From Trichoplax sp. H2 (lineage: Eukaryota): a stretch of DNA of 64,000 bases. Under the pieces are notes generated by a model. That model worked only from the letters and a program-made list of their open reading frames with translations. It did not search any database and had not been told where the DNA came from. The first letter of the stretch is position 1; each line of letters starts with the position of its first letter. The stretch spans positions 1-64,000 of the forward strand of contig NOWV01000139.1 of assembly GCA_003344405.1 (NCBI GenBank). The letters are read 5' to 3'. The translations under genes were made by a program, and so were the position numbers. Positions 1 to 13,757 of the stretch are shown here, piece by piece.

Positions 1-88
1 CCACGTCGAATCTTGTGTATGCGCTATCATTACAATTCACCTTTACTCTATGATATATAACGAATTAATGAAAGAGAGTAGTAATAAC

Positions 89-384
89 CTTTTTCCTTAA
101 GGCAGTCCTAAAATGACGATCAAGCAAGTCTAGCTCGTCGGGCCTCTAGTTTTAACAAGGTTATAAAATAGGTCTATCAATGTACTGGTTCGTGTTCAGT
201 GGGTGCTACTGAATTTAGCATTACTGTAATTGCTGAGAGCTTGTCAACATTGATAGTTCATGTAGTACATTAACTTATTTCAATATGAGTACGAGAATCA
301 ATATTCAATATCTTTCCTTACTCTAAGTAAACTGGCTACATATTTTATAGCGTTTTCGGCAGCTTCAGAAGAAGTTTGCTCCAT
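89..384 (-). CDS. EXOC3: Exocyst complex component 3 (Sec6), first two coding exons (384-322, 145-89); gene continues off the left edge
   Basis: Spliced translation MEQTSSEAAENAIKYVASLLR|RPDELDLLDRHFRTALRKK resembles the EXOC3 N-terminus (human [40 protein letters not shown]). GT-AG sites are in phase 0. Confidence 0.8.
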
Positions 385-1640
385 GTTTATGACGGGCTGG
401 CAAGTGGAGACGTTGAAATGTTGAAGGCGAAGGAGTACTGGGCTGGAGTCCAGTTTGCTACAGTATAATGTACTGTACATTCTAAAGCTACTACTGTACT
501 GTACACACTGTACAATGTACTGTACATTCTAAAGCGACTACTGTACACTGTACACCGTACACTTTCCTAGCCCATATTGTACTATACAGTACAGTACTCT
601 GGTTTTAAACTACACAATGTGATGCATCAAACAACCCAACGTAAGCAATAGCGATTGGTATAATTATAGAATAAATCAAGCAAACTATAAGCGGACATTT
701 TCAGTGATTTGGACAATCTCTAAATTTTAGTATGGCCGCTAAAGAAGAGCCGAGCTGACAAGGGATAGCGATTACTGAATCGCAATTTCTCTGTATAAAT
801 GAAAATTGGGGATTGAGTTCTTGCTTACGAAAGAGATTTAGCAGTCCATTGCTCTGCTCTACTGTAAAATAGGATGAGCATTTGATGCAAATGTTTTAAT
901 GAACATGGATAAAACCCACGGCAGTGCCTGTATACTGTACTGTATTGCCCTTTTATTCACATTTTATTCGTGGACCCATCGGTGGTGATCTTTCGCGTAT
1001 TGTTGTTGTACTTTTGACACTTTATTTTATATTACTTTATACTATATTATGAATCGATATCTCGTGCCACTGCCATGAGACATGCGAATCATCTTGACTG
1101 TACAAGCAGGGATTACACGAAATGAATGTAGTAATATGAGCTGCTATCAGAACAGTGCTACGATGCCGTACTGTATGGCAATCTTTCATTTCAAAATGCA
1201 TTGAGCGACTGCATGCACGAGTGGATACTACTAGATACTACTATTATCATCGCAGGGACTTAGTCTGTCCGACTTTTCTGTTGTTTTTGCTCAAGAAAAG
1301 TTCTTCTGAAATCTGTAGCATCCATGGATTTGATCTCCATCATGAGCCTGAGAAGGCTTCTGTATTACAGTCCTGGACTACAGTACTGTACTGCAGATCA
1401 CAGTGTATGGTACTGTAGGACCCCACTCACTGTGTCCAGTACGAAACTGTACTGCGCAAGTGCGCAGTGTCTACAATACTGTACTGTACCGATCTTCTGG
1501 TACACGACTGTCATACGTACAAATCAATATTTGTAATTGTAGACCAACAGAATTGATCGCGGCGCAATTGCAATTTTGGAGACCATTTCGATCAGAAATC
1601 AGGTGGAAAGAATTAGCTGAGGAAATTATCACACTACGCC

Positions 1641-4600
1641 ATGGCTTTTTCTATGTATACAATCCAGTCTTTACTGGATAAGGTAATCAATGAGGAATTG
1701 ATGCTTTATTGAATGATGAAATTCAACAGTAGTTTCCATGACTTACATTCACCGCCTTTGGCAAACATGCTTGTATAGCTTGCTGATTGTGATGATGTTG
1801 CATTAATCAATGAATCAATTAATGATGTTGTCCTTCATCATCGACTACCAAGCAACACCCAGATCATAGCAATGGGATAGTACTAGTCAATTCAATCTTT
1901 GATGATAACCTATAGCTTTACTTTGAAACATCATTGAGCTGTTGTAGGCGATTCATCCTTTAGCCTACTGGCGCGTATTGGTACTTATAATGGACGACAT
2001 AGACGGTTACATGACATACGCCGTGTCCAGCAGTAGAATAACCTAACGAAATTCTTCTCTTTCTTTTCCTTGCATTCCTGTGTGCTTAAAACGGAAATGA
2101 TATCGATATGAGTTCATCTTATCAGTTGGTACTAGTTTTCTATATACTGTACACCGATTCAGTAATTGGTCATTCGTTTTGATAATTTCATGAAGCATGT
2201 TACTTAGCTTTGCCTGTAGAATACTCGCTCGACTATACGATACTATAGTGTGTATTGTAATGTATTGTAGAATCGAAGAGGGAAAGGTTTTAATTTGAAC
2301 TTTAAGCGCAATATTAGTTGAAATACTATATTAACTTCATACTTACATGCAATCTGAAATCTCTAATGCAGATGAATTCTGTCGACAAAGATTATCGTTT
2401 TATGGCTACTAATGATTTAATTTCGGCACTGCAACACGAATATTTCAAGTTGGATGATGAAAGCGAAAAAAAGGTAACAATACACATTTCTATATGCCAT
2501 CTTTTTCTTGTAACATGTTTCATCATTAACTAAAAACTTTTATTGCATTCTACTGGACTTGCTGATTAAAGTTAAATGAAACAGCATAGATATACGCTCT
2601 GTAAATGATTTCTTCCTTTGTATGGGATAATTAGGTTGTAAGTACTGTCATGCGTTTACTTGAAGATAAAAATGGAGAAGTTCAAAATCTAGCTGTTAAA
2701 TGGTTAGTAGAAATTTTAAAGGAAATGCCTACTTTCTAATACTTAACTTGCAAATCACCCATAATGAGCTATACTCTATACTGGCACCCAGTGTACATGT
2801 ATTGATTTATACTACTGTATACTGTACTTTAGCAGGAATAGATGGTAGCGATGTTGTGCACTCGCACATACAAGGTTGCATACTGTGCAAATTGTACAAA
2901 TTATATCGTACATTATACTTGAAGCATGCTAAATTCTAAACTTAGTGACGTAGGGACTATTACAAAAAATCTGTTACAGATTGTTTAAAATTTTACTAAA
3001 AGATATATTAGTTAAATCAAAATTGTAAATATTTCCATCATGGAGTAGAAGTTTCTTTGTTTAATAGCTTCTTTGATTTGCTATTGCAGTCTGGGTTTAC
3101 TTGTGACTAAAGTAAAGGAGAATTATGTCGAACAAATTGCCAATAGCCTATGCGATGGTATGAAGTCAACTTCAGAGCAATTGCGTGATATCTCCAGCAT
3201 TGGTAAGCTAGTAAATAAGTACTAAGATATTTATCAAGGCAACAAATATTAAAATTATCATATTCCGGATATCAATGCAATTGTAATGGAACGACTAGTA
3301 CTAATGGCGACAATTATATGGCATGCAGGTTTAAAAACAGTCATAGCAGATATTGCTTCTCAAACTCAGTTAGCGGTCCTCCTTTGCAAATTGATTGTAT
3401 CTCGCCTTCTTTCCGTTATTCCAAGGGTAAAAATCTTATATCATTATAAATGTGTTCTTTGTATCAATAGATTTAGGATAAGTTACTGTATTGTTGCTAC
3501 ATTTTAAGCTAATTTTAATTCTTACCGAATTTTATATATTGGTATGAATACAGGCTCAAGACCCTTCGGTACAACTTGAAGCTCTAGATATCTTAAGTGA
3601 TATCTTAAAGAAATATGGTGGTATGCATACTTTAACCAGCAAATCTAGTCTTTAGGTTGTACAAAAACCCATTTGAATTCAAATTAAAATTATACACGTT
3701 TTAGGACTTTTAGCCGATCACCATTCCAACGTTCAAGATTGCTTAATAGCTCAAATGACCAGTTCTAGACTAGCTGTCCGTAAAAGGGCAACTATTGCAT
3801 TAGGTAAAGTATTTTACACCAATGATTACTATTATTTTGACTTAATTTATATTTGTAGCTACTTAGTGACATAGTTTCGAACTTTGAAAAAGTATATAGT
3901 ATTAGTGTTAGTATTAAAGCATGACGATATGACTGTTTTTCGTTCTTGATACTGGTACAATAGGACAACTGGTGATCTGTAACAGCAATTCTTTGTTTGT
4001 TGAATTAATGCGATACATAATTGGTGAACTGAATCAGAATCGTTCTTTATCAACCACCAGAACTTATGTACAATGTATTGCTACTATTAGGTAGGCATCA
4101 CTATTTTCGCCTAAATTTTATTTCATTCAATGAACTAATTTTTTCGGCGGTCTTTTCAATTTTATTCAACCAATTCACAAGTCGACAGGCAGGCCATAGA
4201 ATCGGAAATTATGTTGATACTCTCATGCCATTGCTATTTTCCTTTTCCATGCAACAGGATGATGACGAATTTAGGGATTACTGCTTACAGGTATCTTTGC
4301 TATCATTTCATGACCATGCTAGATATCGCTTATGCTATTGGTAACATTGTCGTAATACGTTTCTAACCAAGGCTCTAGAGTCGCTAGTTCTACGATGCCC
4401 GAAGGAAGTTACTCCTTATGTTATGAGGGTCTGTAATATACTGTACTATATACACGTATTAATCAGAATTAGCGCTTAGCAGCGGGGCTACATGCGTTAT
4501 GATGCTTCAAATTGCTCTTTATTATAGATTGTCCAAATCTGCTTGGAGTATCTGAAATACGATCCTAATTACAATTATGATAGTGATGATGAGGATATGG

Positions 4601-7600
4601 AAGACGAATCTGACGCTGACGATGATGATGAGTATGCAGTACTCTTGAAGTGTTGTTGTTGTAGAGCATTATGTAGTTGCTATACCAAATCACCTTATCT
4701 TAAATTATCAACAGTCAAAGTCTAGATCATTTTTTTCCTTTTCTTAATTAGCGATGATGAAGGGGATTACAGTGACGACGATGATGTCAGTTGGAAGGTA
4801 AGCTTCATGAATACACATTCTGACCGACTGAACGATAGCGTTTGGTGGTCACTTTAAATTCTTTGATTGGAACTATCTTTTTTTACGATCTACGGTTTTT
4901 GATTGGATAAAAATAAAGCTGTTGTTGTATTCTTTCAGGTTCGACGAGCAGCATCTAGATGTATTAATGCAGTAATCAGATCTCGACCAGAATTGTTGTA
5001 CGATTTTTATCGAAATGTTTCTCCAACTCTTATATCTAGATTTAAAGGTTAACGTTATTTCAGTTTACGCTCTCGATTCGTTTTATGAAGAGTTTAGTCA
5101 AATAGTTATTAACATGTTTTAAAAAATTTGTAGAACGAGAAGAAAATGTTAAGAGTGACATCTTTTCTGCCTATGTTACTCTGTTACGACAAACAAGAAC
5201 TCTGGCTACCGTAGAAACTAGAACCGATGCTATGGATGAAGATGGGTAAATATACAGAAGTAGTGCTAAAAACCTGGTGATATTGAGTGAAACTTAGATA
5301 CTCAGATGTATAAATACAAGTTGTTATAATATTTCTTTTTTACCAAAATATTTTGTCATAATTCAATATATTTGAGACAGTAAGGTATTTATGATCTAGG
5401 ACTTATATATGCTATCGCCACCTTTTTCTTTTTTTATTATAGTAATGTCACCACAAATCAGAGTAGTAGATTAGTTAAAGATGATAAAAGGTGACTTTAT
5501 AGACGTTGCATATCGCTATTATGATCTTTTATTTAAATGATAATTGCAAATGGAATTCATTACTAGAAATATAGACTTTGCTGACTAAAATAATACTATA
5601 GCAAATTGTCTTAGTTGGTAAAAGTGTAGAACCGCTCAAATGATGGTTTATGTTTTTCACAGTCCCAATAGCATGCTACAAGGACAAATTCCAAGTATTG
5701 TGAAGGCACTCCGTAAAATTCTTAAGGATAAAAGCGTTAAAACAAGACAAGTGAGATTCATAAATTTTATGTAATATAAGGCATTTTATATTAAGTATTC
5801 TCCGTTCTCTGTTGTTTTGTTTATTATTGACAGGGCTGCTTCAGTGTATTGTCAGAAGTTTGTCAAGTTTTGTATGGAGCCCTTAACGATCATATGACCT
5901 CAGTAATGCCTGGCATAGTTTATTCTTTAAGGTATATTGACGGCTTGGGTTGATTGAGGGTTCAAAGTCTTTCAAATTAGTTACTGATAAAACTCTAATT
6001 TATGTTCATTTAGTGACAAGTCATCAACATCAAATATGAAGATAGATACATTGTTATTTCTTCAATGCGTTCTAACGCATCACGAGGCCAACGTCTTTTA
6101 TCCTCACATCGATGTTTTGGTACCGGTAAGTTTCATCCCAAAGTCGTTAGCATACTTACTAGCGTATGACTAATTATAAAATGATTAATGGTATATTACT
6201 TACTTTTTGGTAAAAGCTGGTGATAGATAAAGTATCGGATATGTTTTATAAAGTTATTTCCGAAGCCCTGTTCGTATTACAGCACTTAATAAAAATTATG
6301 AGACCACTGGGTAATTATACTTAAGTAATACGATTTATGGAATATGCTTTGTAAAGAAATCGATCGATGTGCTAATATTGTTTTGACTACCACATAATAA
6401 AAGTGCCTATTTTTTTCTATCTAAAGATGGTAATAAGCAAAGTTTAGCTAGGTACGACGTACATGCGCGAAATATCTACAAATCTACCGTGGCTAGGTTA
6501 GAGACTACAGATATTGATCAGGAAGTGAAAGAAAGGGCAATAACGTGCATGTAAGTTTGTAAACTACGGAAATTTTTGTCATAATTGAATCATTTTATCA
6601 GTAAGGATCATCGGACAAGGATAGCATCATAATGCTGATATTTGATATATAGGGGTCACCTAATTAGTAATATGGGGGATATCTTACCGTCCGAATTGAA
6701 AAGTTGCTTACCGATATTGGTGTCTAGACTTCGTAATGATAGCACACGCTTATGCACAGTGAAAGCTCTTACGACCATGGCTAAGTAAAGGGAGAAATAA
6801 ATTTTTTATCGATAAATTATCTTTGTTTGATTTTGCCTTTATTTTTGGTTCATTTAGTTCGCCACTCAACCTTGATCTAACGATGATATTAGTATGTTTT
6901 ACATTTTGATGTTATTGTTTACTATATTATAGCATTCTATTGTTAGTAATTTGTTATCGTACTTCACTAAATTAACGGTTGGTCTTTCATGTATTTTTTA
7001 GCCTGAATCTATCCAGCTGCTATCATCGTTTTTAAGAAAAAATAGTAGAGCTCTCAAACTTTCTAGCTTAACGGCTCTCAACATACTGATCCAAAAATTT
7101 GGTCAGTTATAGGATTATTTCAAAAATCTAATGTGCAAACATTATCGAATATCTCGAACTGTTTTTAAAAGGCATTAGTCTGTTTTTATTGTAGGGCGAT
7201 TAATGAATGACCAACTTTGTGATAACGTCTTTTGTGAAATTCCATCGCTTATTAACGAAAGTGATTTGCATGTCTCACAAGTAGGCGAAATACCGTAGTA
7301 TTATCGAAATGAAAACCATAATTGCATCTTTATGTTAAAGTGCGTTTATTTATTTATCAGCTTACGTCAGAATTGATCTCTACATTGATTCAAATTAATC
7401 CAAATTCATTCATGAAGGTGACTGCTTCAATATATAGTTTTCTTTTTACTTTGGTTGAAGATTATAATAACATTAAGTTTATGTATTCGACATAGCATCG
7501 AGATATCATATTAAAGGAGGTGTTGGTATTACTGAAATCTCCGTTACTACAAGGTGCTGTAAAATTATAATTTAGAAATTCATGTGAGATCTTATGCAGC

Positions 7601-10549
7601 TAGTGAGTCGTTGCGATAAATATATGGTTATTTAATCTTGTAGGCGGTGCTTTGAATGCGCTTTTGGGCTTTATTTGTCAAGCTATTAGAAATAAAATTC
7701 CTAAAATGAACCCAAATGAAGTTCTCCAAGTAACTACAAGCATGCAGATGTAATTGATTGATATCTTTAAGATGACATCTTTTAGAATAATTCTCTATTA
7801 ATTAACGATCGGTAGATGCTTACACACCCAATTTACTATCCTGAATCTCAAGGCCAAGGCTCGTTAGCAATACATAAGCAGGTAAATTCTAAGATCGTAA
7901 GCGGGTGAATGTGAAAGTAATTGATTCTGATGACGAATACCTTCATCATCATTGATGTTTTCTTTATAGGCTTTTTACTCAGTTGCCAAATGTGTTGCTG
8001 GCATCATTATGGAGTCATCGGATCTAAGTACAACTGTTGTTCAACAACTAATTCGAGACCTTGAAGTAAGCTCTCTATTCATAGCCGCACGAATCAGCCA
8101 TAGCATTGCGTGCGATCATTATATATTTTGTTGGGCAATTTTCTATTCGTTAACTTCTGTATTCATTAAATTTGCAATTTATAAAAAAATGAACTGGACG
8201 CATAGAGCGCTTCTTCATCGGTATCGGTCAAAATGTTTACATTGCTTGCATTGGGCGAAATTGGACGAGTAGTGTAAGTATTTAAATTTGAATCAACTAA
8301 TAGCGTTAAACTACTTCAATATTTTTGCTGTTGTGTCTGATTAGGAACATGAGTGCATTCCAAAATCTTAAATCAGTAATAACATCCGCTTTCTCGTCGT
8401 CATCTGAAGAAATTAAATCTGCCGCATCCTTTGCATTAGGTAAGGATTGGATTGTAACTACTTTGTCAATTTACTTGATATGACAGATCTGGAATTCATG
8501 TTAAATTTAAATCCTTCTTATTTAGGCAACATTGCAGCTGGTAATCTTGCGGAATATTTACCTTTCATATTTAAGGAAATTGAAAGCGAATCTAAGAAGC
8601 AGTACCTTTTATTGCACTCTTTGAAAGAGGCAAGCGCTAAAATTTATATTTTCACTGATGTAAAAATTACACTTTAAACTGATTCGCATGTCGATTGTAT
8701 TTTATCACCTTTCAGATTATCGTTTGTCAATCCTCACATTCGGCAGCCGTGCAGTCACTTGCTCCATATGTTTCCACTATTTGGTATACAACAACCCTAT
8801 TTTTAACTGATATTTATGGTTAGATTGCTAATAAGTAATTATTCTTGTAGGAACTTACTATTCCAAAGTTGTGAAAAAGCGGGCGGCGAAGGAATTCGAA
8901 ACATGGTTGCGGAGTGCTTGGGCAAACTAACCATTTTGGATCCAGAAAATTTACTGCCAGATCTACATGTAGGTTACTTTGATTATTCAAAAGCATTTTT
9001 ATTCATCAAATCTAAAAGATGCTTGCTTATTCATATCGTTATTTCATGTTAGAATCATTTGGCGTCTAATTCATCCTTCGTTCGCTGTACCGTGGTAAAT
9101 GCTGTGAAATTCGCGATATCTGAGCAGGTAATAATTTCAATTTTTCAATGTTTCCGTAGAATAGATTACGGCGACTTTGCTTATATCATTAAATAACTAC
9201 GACCGTTCGTGTATGATAATTTTACTTCATAGCATCATCAAGTCGATTTGAAACTTAAACAATATATGGGAGATTTTTTAAAGTCACTTGAGGACACTGA
9301 TCCGGTAATTATAATGAAAAGGTCATTGCATACTGTTGACGTTGTATACATATGGTAGCTAATTGCTATTATGTTTTAGAATGTCCGACGAGTGGCACTT
9401 GTAACGCTAAATTCGGCGGCCCATAATAAACCTTCTTTAATTAAAGATATGTTGGATGTCATTCTTCCAAGCTTATATGATAAAACTATTATCAGGGTAA
9501 TCCTACATTTCATTGGGGTATTTTGTTTTTGGTCATGTCATGCTTAGATAAGGTTGTTTTTACATTGCAGAAAGATATGATTCGTGAAGTTGAGATGGGT
9601 CCATTTAAGCACACAGTCGATGACGGCTTAGACATTCGAAAGGTACGTTACTGTTTGTATATGATTGTGCTTTAGTGGAATAGTTTTTATTCGGATTGAC
9701 TCATGTTATATCTGTATTGATGCTGCATAGGCCGCTTTCGAATGTATGTATACCTTACTGGATACTTGCTTAGATAAATTAGACATATTTCAATTCCTCA
9801 ATTACGTTGAAGAAGGCCTGAAGGATCACTATGACATCAAAGTCAGTATTCATGAAGTTATTACTTGCTATTATAAAATTTCTTAATTGCGTGGTACAGA
9901 ATCGATTGGGTTTAAGTTGTACAGACCATTCATGCAATATATTTGTCGGTTTAATATATAGATGTTGACCTACCTCATGCTTATTAGACTAGCAACTCTG
10001 TGTCCGAATGCGGTTCTCCAACGTAAGTTGCGAATTTAGATTAACATTCGCTATAATCTGGAATAGATTTTCCGTTTTTTTGCTGTGATATTACTTGGCT
10101 ATCTGAGAAACTTTATGCCTTATTTGCATTAAAAATTTCGCTGTAGATAATAAATTGTCTTAAATTCTATGTTTGCACCATATATAGGCTTCGATAAAAT
10201 ATTGGATCCTTTAAGAGCTACGGTTATGGTTCAGGTTAAGGCTTTAGCAGTGAAACAAGAGTTCGAGAAGCAAAATGAATTGAAAAGATCCGCACTTCGA
10301 GCGTTGACATCATTGATGAAGATACCCGATAGTGGTAACGAAATTTATAATTGTCAACAGAATTGCCGTTAATAAATTAATAGTAGTGCTTAATTAAGTT
10401 GTAATGCTTTTATTTATATAGATAAATCTTTGCAATTAAATGAATTCCTGCAGCAAATCAACAGTAATCCTGCAATTTCTAGTATGTTTGAAACTATCAA
10501 GAACGATGAAAGTGGAAGTGGGACATTTATTCATACAGACTTTAAATAA
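1641..10549 (+). CDS. CAND1: Cullin-associated NEDD8-dissociated protein 1, complete gene with dozens of short exons (exon 1 1641-1682, exon 2 2372-2473, stop TAA 10547-10549)
   Basis: Exons encode hallmark CAND1 peptides: [131 protein letters not shown]. Confidence 0.97.
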
Positions 10550-11798
10550 TTAACATTACTATTAAGTGATAGTGATTTTTTGAAAAGTTCGATATTAATT
10601 TTAAGCGATCAGCTATTAATTATGTATCACATTTGAGCACTTATTGCATAATGGTTAGTGCCTTGCGTTTGGTGATTACCATGTGCAGTAAAATCGCTAT
10701 GGGTAAACCCTTTAATTAATAGCTAACAAAGCTGAATTGCCAACGTATAGGCTTTCAGCTGTAGATTAGCATACTGTACAGCATCGCGTTGTATGCATAA
10801 GTTCTACTTTCGTTAACGTTCCTTCATAGTTGTCAGAGAAATATATCAGTTGAAGCTGTTAATTACTGCCTGTTAAGTTTATTGACTCTGGCTTTAAACA
10901 TTTTCATAAGTTGATAATAAAAAAGGATATTGCTATTGATTTTATTCTCTCTTATCTTTCTGGACTTAGTCCTTACCTTGCGTTGATACGATCGCAAATT
11001 TAAGGGGTTGCAATTCTAAATCAAACTAACTTTGCTATCTCAATAATGTATTTGAAATTATCTTATTGAAAGCATACTAAATAGAAGGACAATCTCTTAA
11101 GTTGGGCGAATGAAAAACTATCGAAAATAATCATTTTCCAGCTAGTTTTTGACTTTTCTGTGAATGACTGTGATACTATGCTACGTACGAAGTACTTCTA
11201 TAGTTTTGTTTACTCGGAATGGTTGTATTTTAGTATAATGGATTAATGTATGATTGAATAGCGTGCAATTATCTTTCGCTTCTTACGTAATGATTATATA
11301 ATCAAGGTAGAAATCATAATTGTACAGTTATAAACACGCTAAGCTTGTTGTAGGTTTCGCGTGACGATTTTTAGCTACTATTATCTATTTCACTAACTTA
11401 AGAAAAAGTGTGCAAGCGTGCAAAGCACATTTGGTTGTTTATTTATCTTTTAACCTAATATTCAGAGACCGATCTCCATGAAAGAATAGGTGATATTAGA
11501 ATACTAACACGGTAATCTATTATTACATATCTGATAGTTAGGTAGCCTAACTCAGGCCTGTGCCAGGGATATTATCACTACTTATCAGCAGGATAGTAAC
11601 AATTCTTATCAACTATAGAAAAACAAACGGCAAAGGTACAATTCATTTCATTTATCTCCATAGGAGTTATAGACATATTGAGCACTGGCATTATTATCAA
11701 TTTGATTATCATTACTCATAAGAGGAACGCTAGAAGTAATCAAGGATTAAATGCTACAAAATGATGGTAAAATGTGCACTCCAACATTGACCCTCGAG

Positions 11799-13757
11799 TT
11801 ACTTGTCTTGAATTTTCTCTTTGAATTCCTGAATTTTTTGGTCATGTCGATCGATAGCATCTTGATGATGTTTCAGTTCTTCTTCATGAAATTTTTTTAT
11901 ATCATGGAGCTTTTGTAGCTGTTCTTCTTGCTATAAAAATATATTGAGACTTACTATTTTGCTTGCCACTCTCGCAATGAGCGAGACTTTTAGACACGGC
12001 ATGTATCCATGCTGCTTACGTATTGCGTAAAGAAAGAAATAAATGCTACAAAACTTACTAATTTCCTAAAGTACTGATCCTCCTGCGCTTTTTCTTTCTT
12101 ACCAAACGATCCACCAGCGTCTCTATAACAAGATTGAATTACTCAATTTACTCATATTGCGTTTCTATCAAAATCTTAACAATCATAGATACGCGTAATG
12201 ACAGTACTACATATAAAATAAGCATCAATGATTGAATAAATTGAAGCGAGGCTTCTGACAAGCCATTTCTTCGATACTTTAATTTAGTAACGGATTCAAT
12301 TTGCTACTCTATTTTTCATTTATAAAAATTTTTAGCTTGACTGATGATTGAGTATTCAAAAGTTATAAGTCATCGTTAATGCATTTGAATAGGATTTAGT
12401 ACATTGTAACAACTGTTCCTATCAAAGATTCAAGATAGGCAAATGACATTAGTCACAGATCCATTGCAAACTGATCAATTTACCAACATAAAGGAACCTA
12501 GATTAGGTAAAAGACACTGTATAATACAACGATTCTTTAGTGATTTATTGTTTCTAAAAACACTCGACAATTACAGTTGATTCTGGTTGTACACACGCGT
12601 ACGCTAATTAATTCTCGAAGTCTACTTGCGGATATTGATTTCTATGGCGTGCAGCTACTATATTTCCACTATTTAGAGCATTAAATAGTACTGTACATAT
12701 ACATAAGCATGTACTATAGTTGATTAAGACATTGCACTCCTGCTATAATTACAGAAATTGCTCTAGATTATAAACTTACACAGGCATAACTATCGTAATC
12801 TACATTTTGTTGTCAATAAAGCGTAAGATAACATGATTTTGATAAACAAAAATAATTGATTTAATTGCCTATTTGAACAGAAGAATGCAATAATACTGTC
12901 ATTGCGATCTTATTTTCTCATCCATTGCACGTATGTTGGTTAATGTTGTACGCAAATTTGTTATTCATTCAATGTATTTCGAAAGCTAACCTGATCGAGC
13001 CAGCTTGTCGATCCTAGAAAGAGTAAGTTACAATCATGATAATTAGTATACCTTGTATGGTTTGTGGAATATCATATTGCATTTCATAAATAAAAATTTG
13101 ATCTCACTTAAAAGCAGTCAGTGAAATGCTCTTACTGCTCCATAATATAATGAAAGGTGTCAATTAGTGCAAGATAGAAAATAATCAGTAGAACCTAAAC
13201 TATTTATTCATAACAGCGAAGCATTTATGCATGAGCGTTATAGTCAAAGTTTATGACTAAACACTGTCTTATAGGCAAATTATTTGAAAGTCTAAGAAAA
13301 TGTTGTAAGAAGCAAAAGTTCGAGGATAGAATAACTGAATGCTTATAAAACTGGGCTGTTGTCGATAGAAGACACACGATGATGATCCAAAACTTAACAA
13401 CAATGCTAACAGATCACGGTATAAGTATACAACTGAAAAGAGAAATAGCATTTGCTTGAGGCATGGTATCTTTTTCTACCAATATCATCCTGGAGAAGAT
13501 TAGAATTTCAGTAGAATAGCAGCATATACTGTATTATAACCGTGGAATATGACAGTATCCATTCATCATCATCGTCTACCATTGCTATCAATGTTATTAT
13601 CCATTTCTAGATTCGCTAGCAGACCGATTTGATGGATTATCGATAGAATGATTACCTGACTATAGGCCCTGGATTGGAGAGCAGCAGCAGCAAAAGTTCG
13701 ATAGCTAGAGGTCCTAACAGCAACAGAGGCCAATCGCCTGGATACTAAGGATGCCAT
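11799..13757 (-). CDS. ATP5IF1: Mitochondrial ATPase inhibitory factor 1 (IF1); exons 13757-13656, 13013-12991, 12122-12059, 11930-11799
   Basis: Arg/Ala/Ser-rich presequence MASLVSRRLASVAVRTSSYRTF..., then AGSIRDAGGSFGKKEKAQEDQYFRKL (IF1 signature) and a His-rich coiled coil FHEEELKHHQDAIDRHDQKI. Splice phases are consistent. Confidence 0.93.

Noticed and set aside
1155-1640. Overlapping Cys/Tyr/Thr-rich ORFs upstream of CAND1
   Set aside because: By-products of the TACTGTAC low-complexity motif; no recognisable protein.
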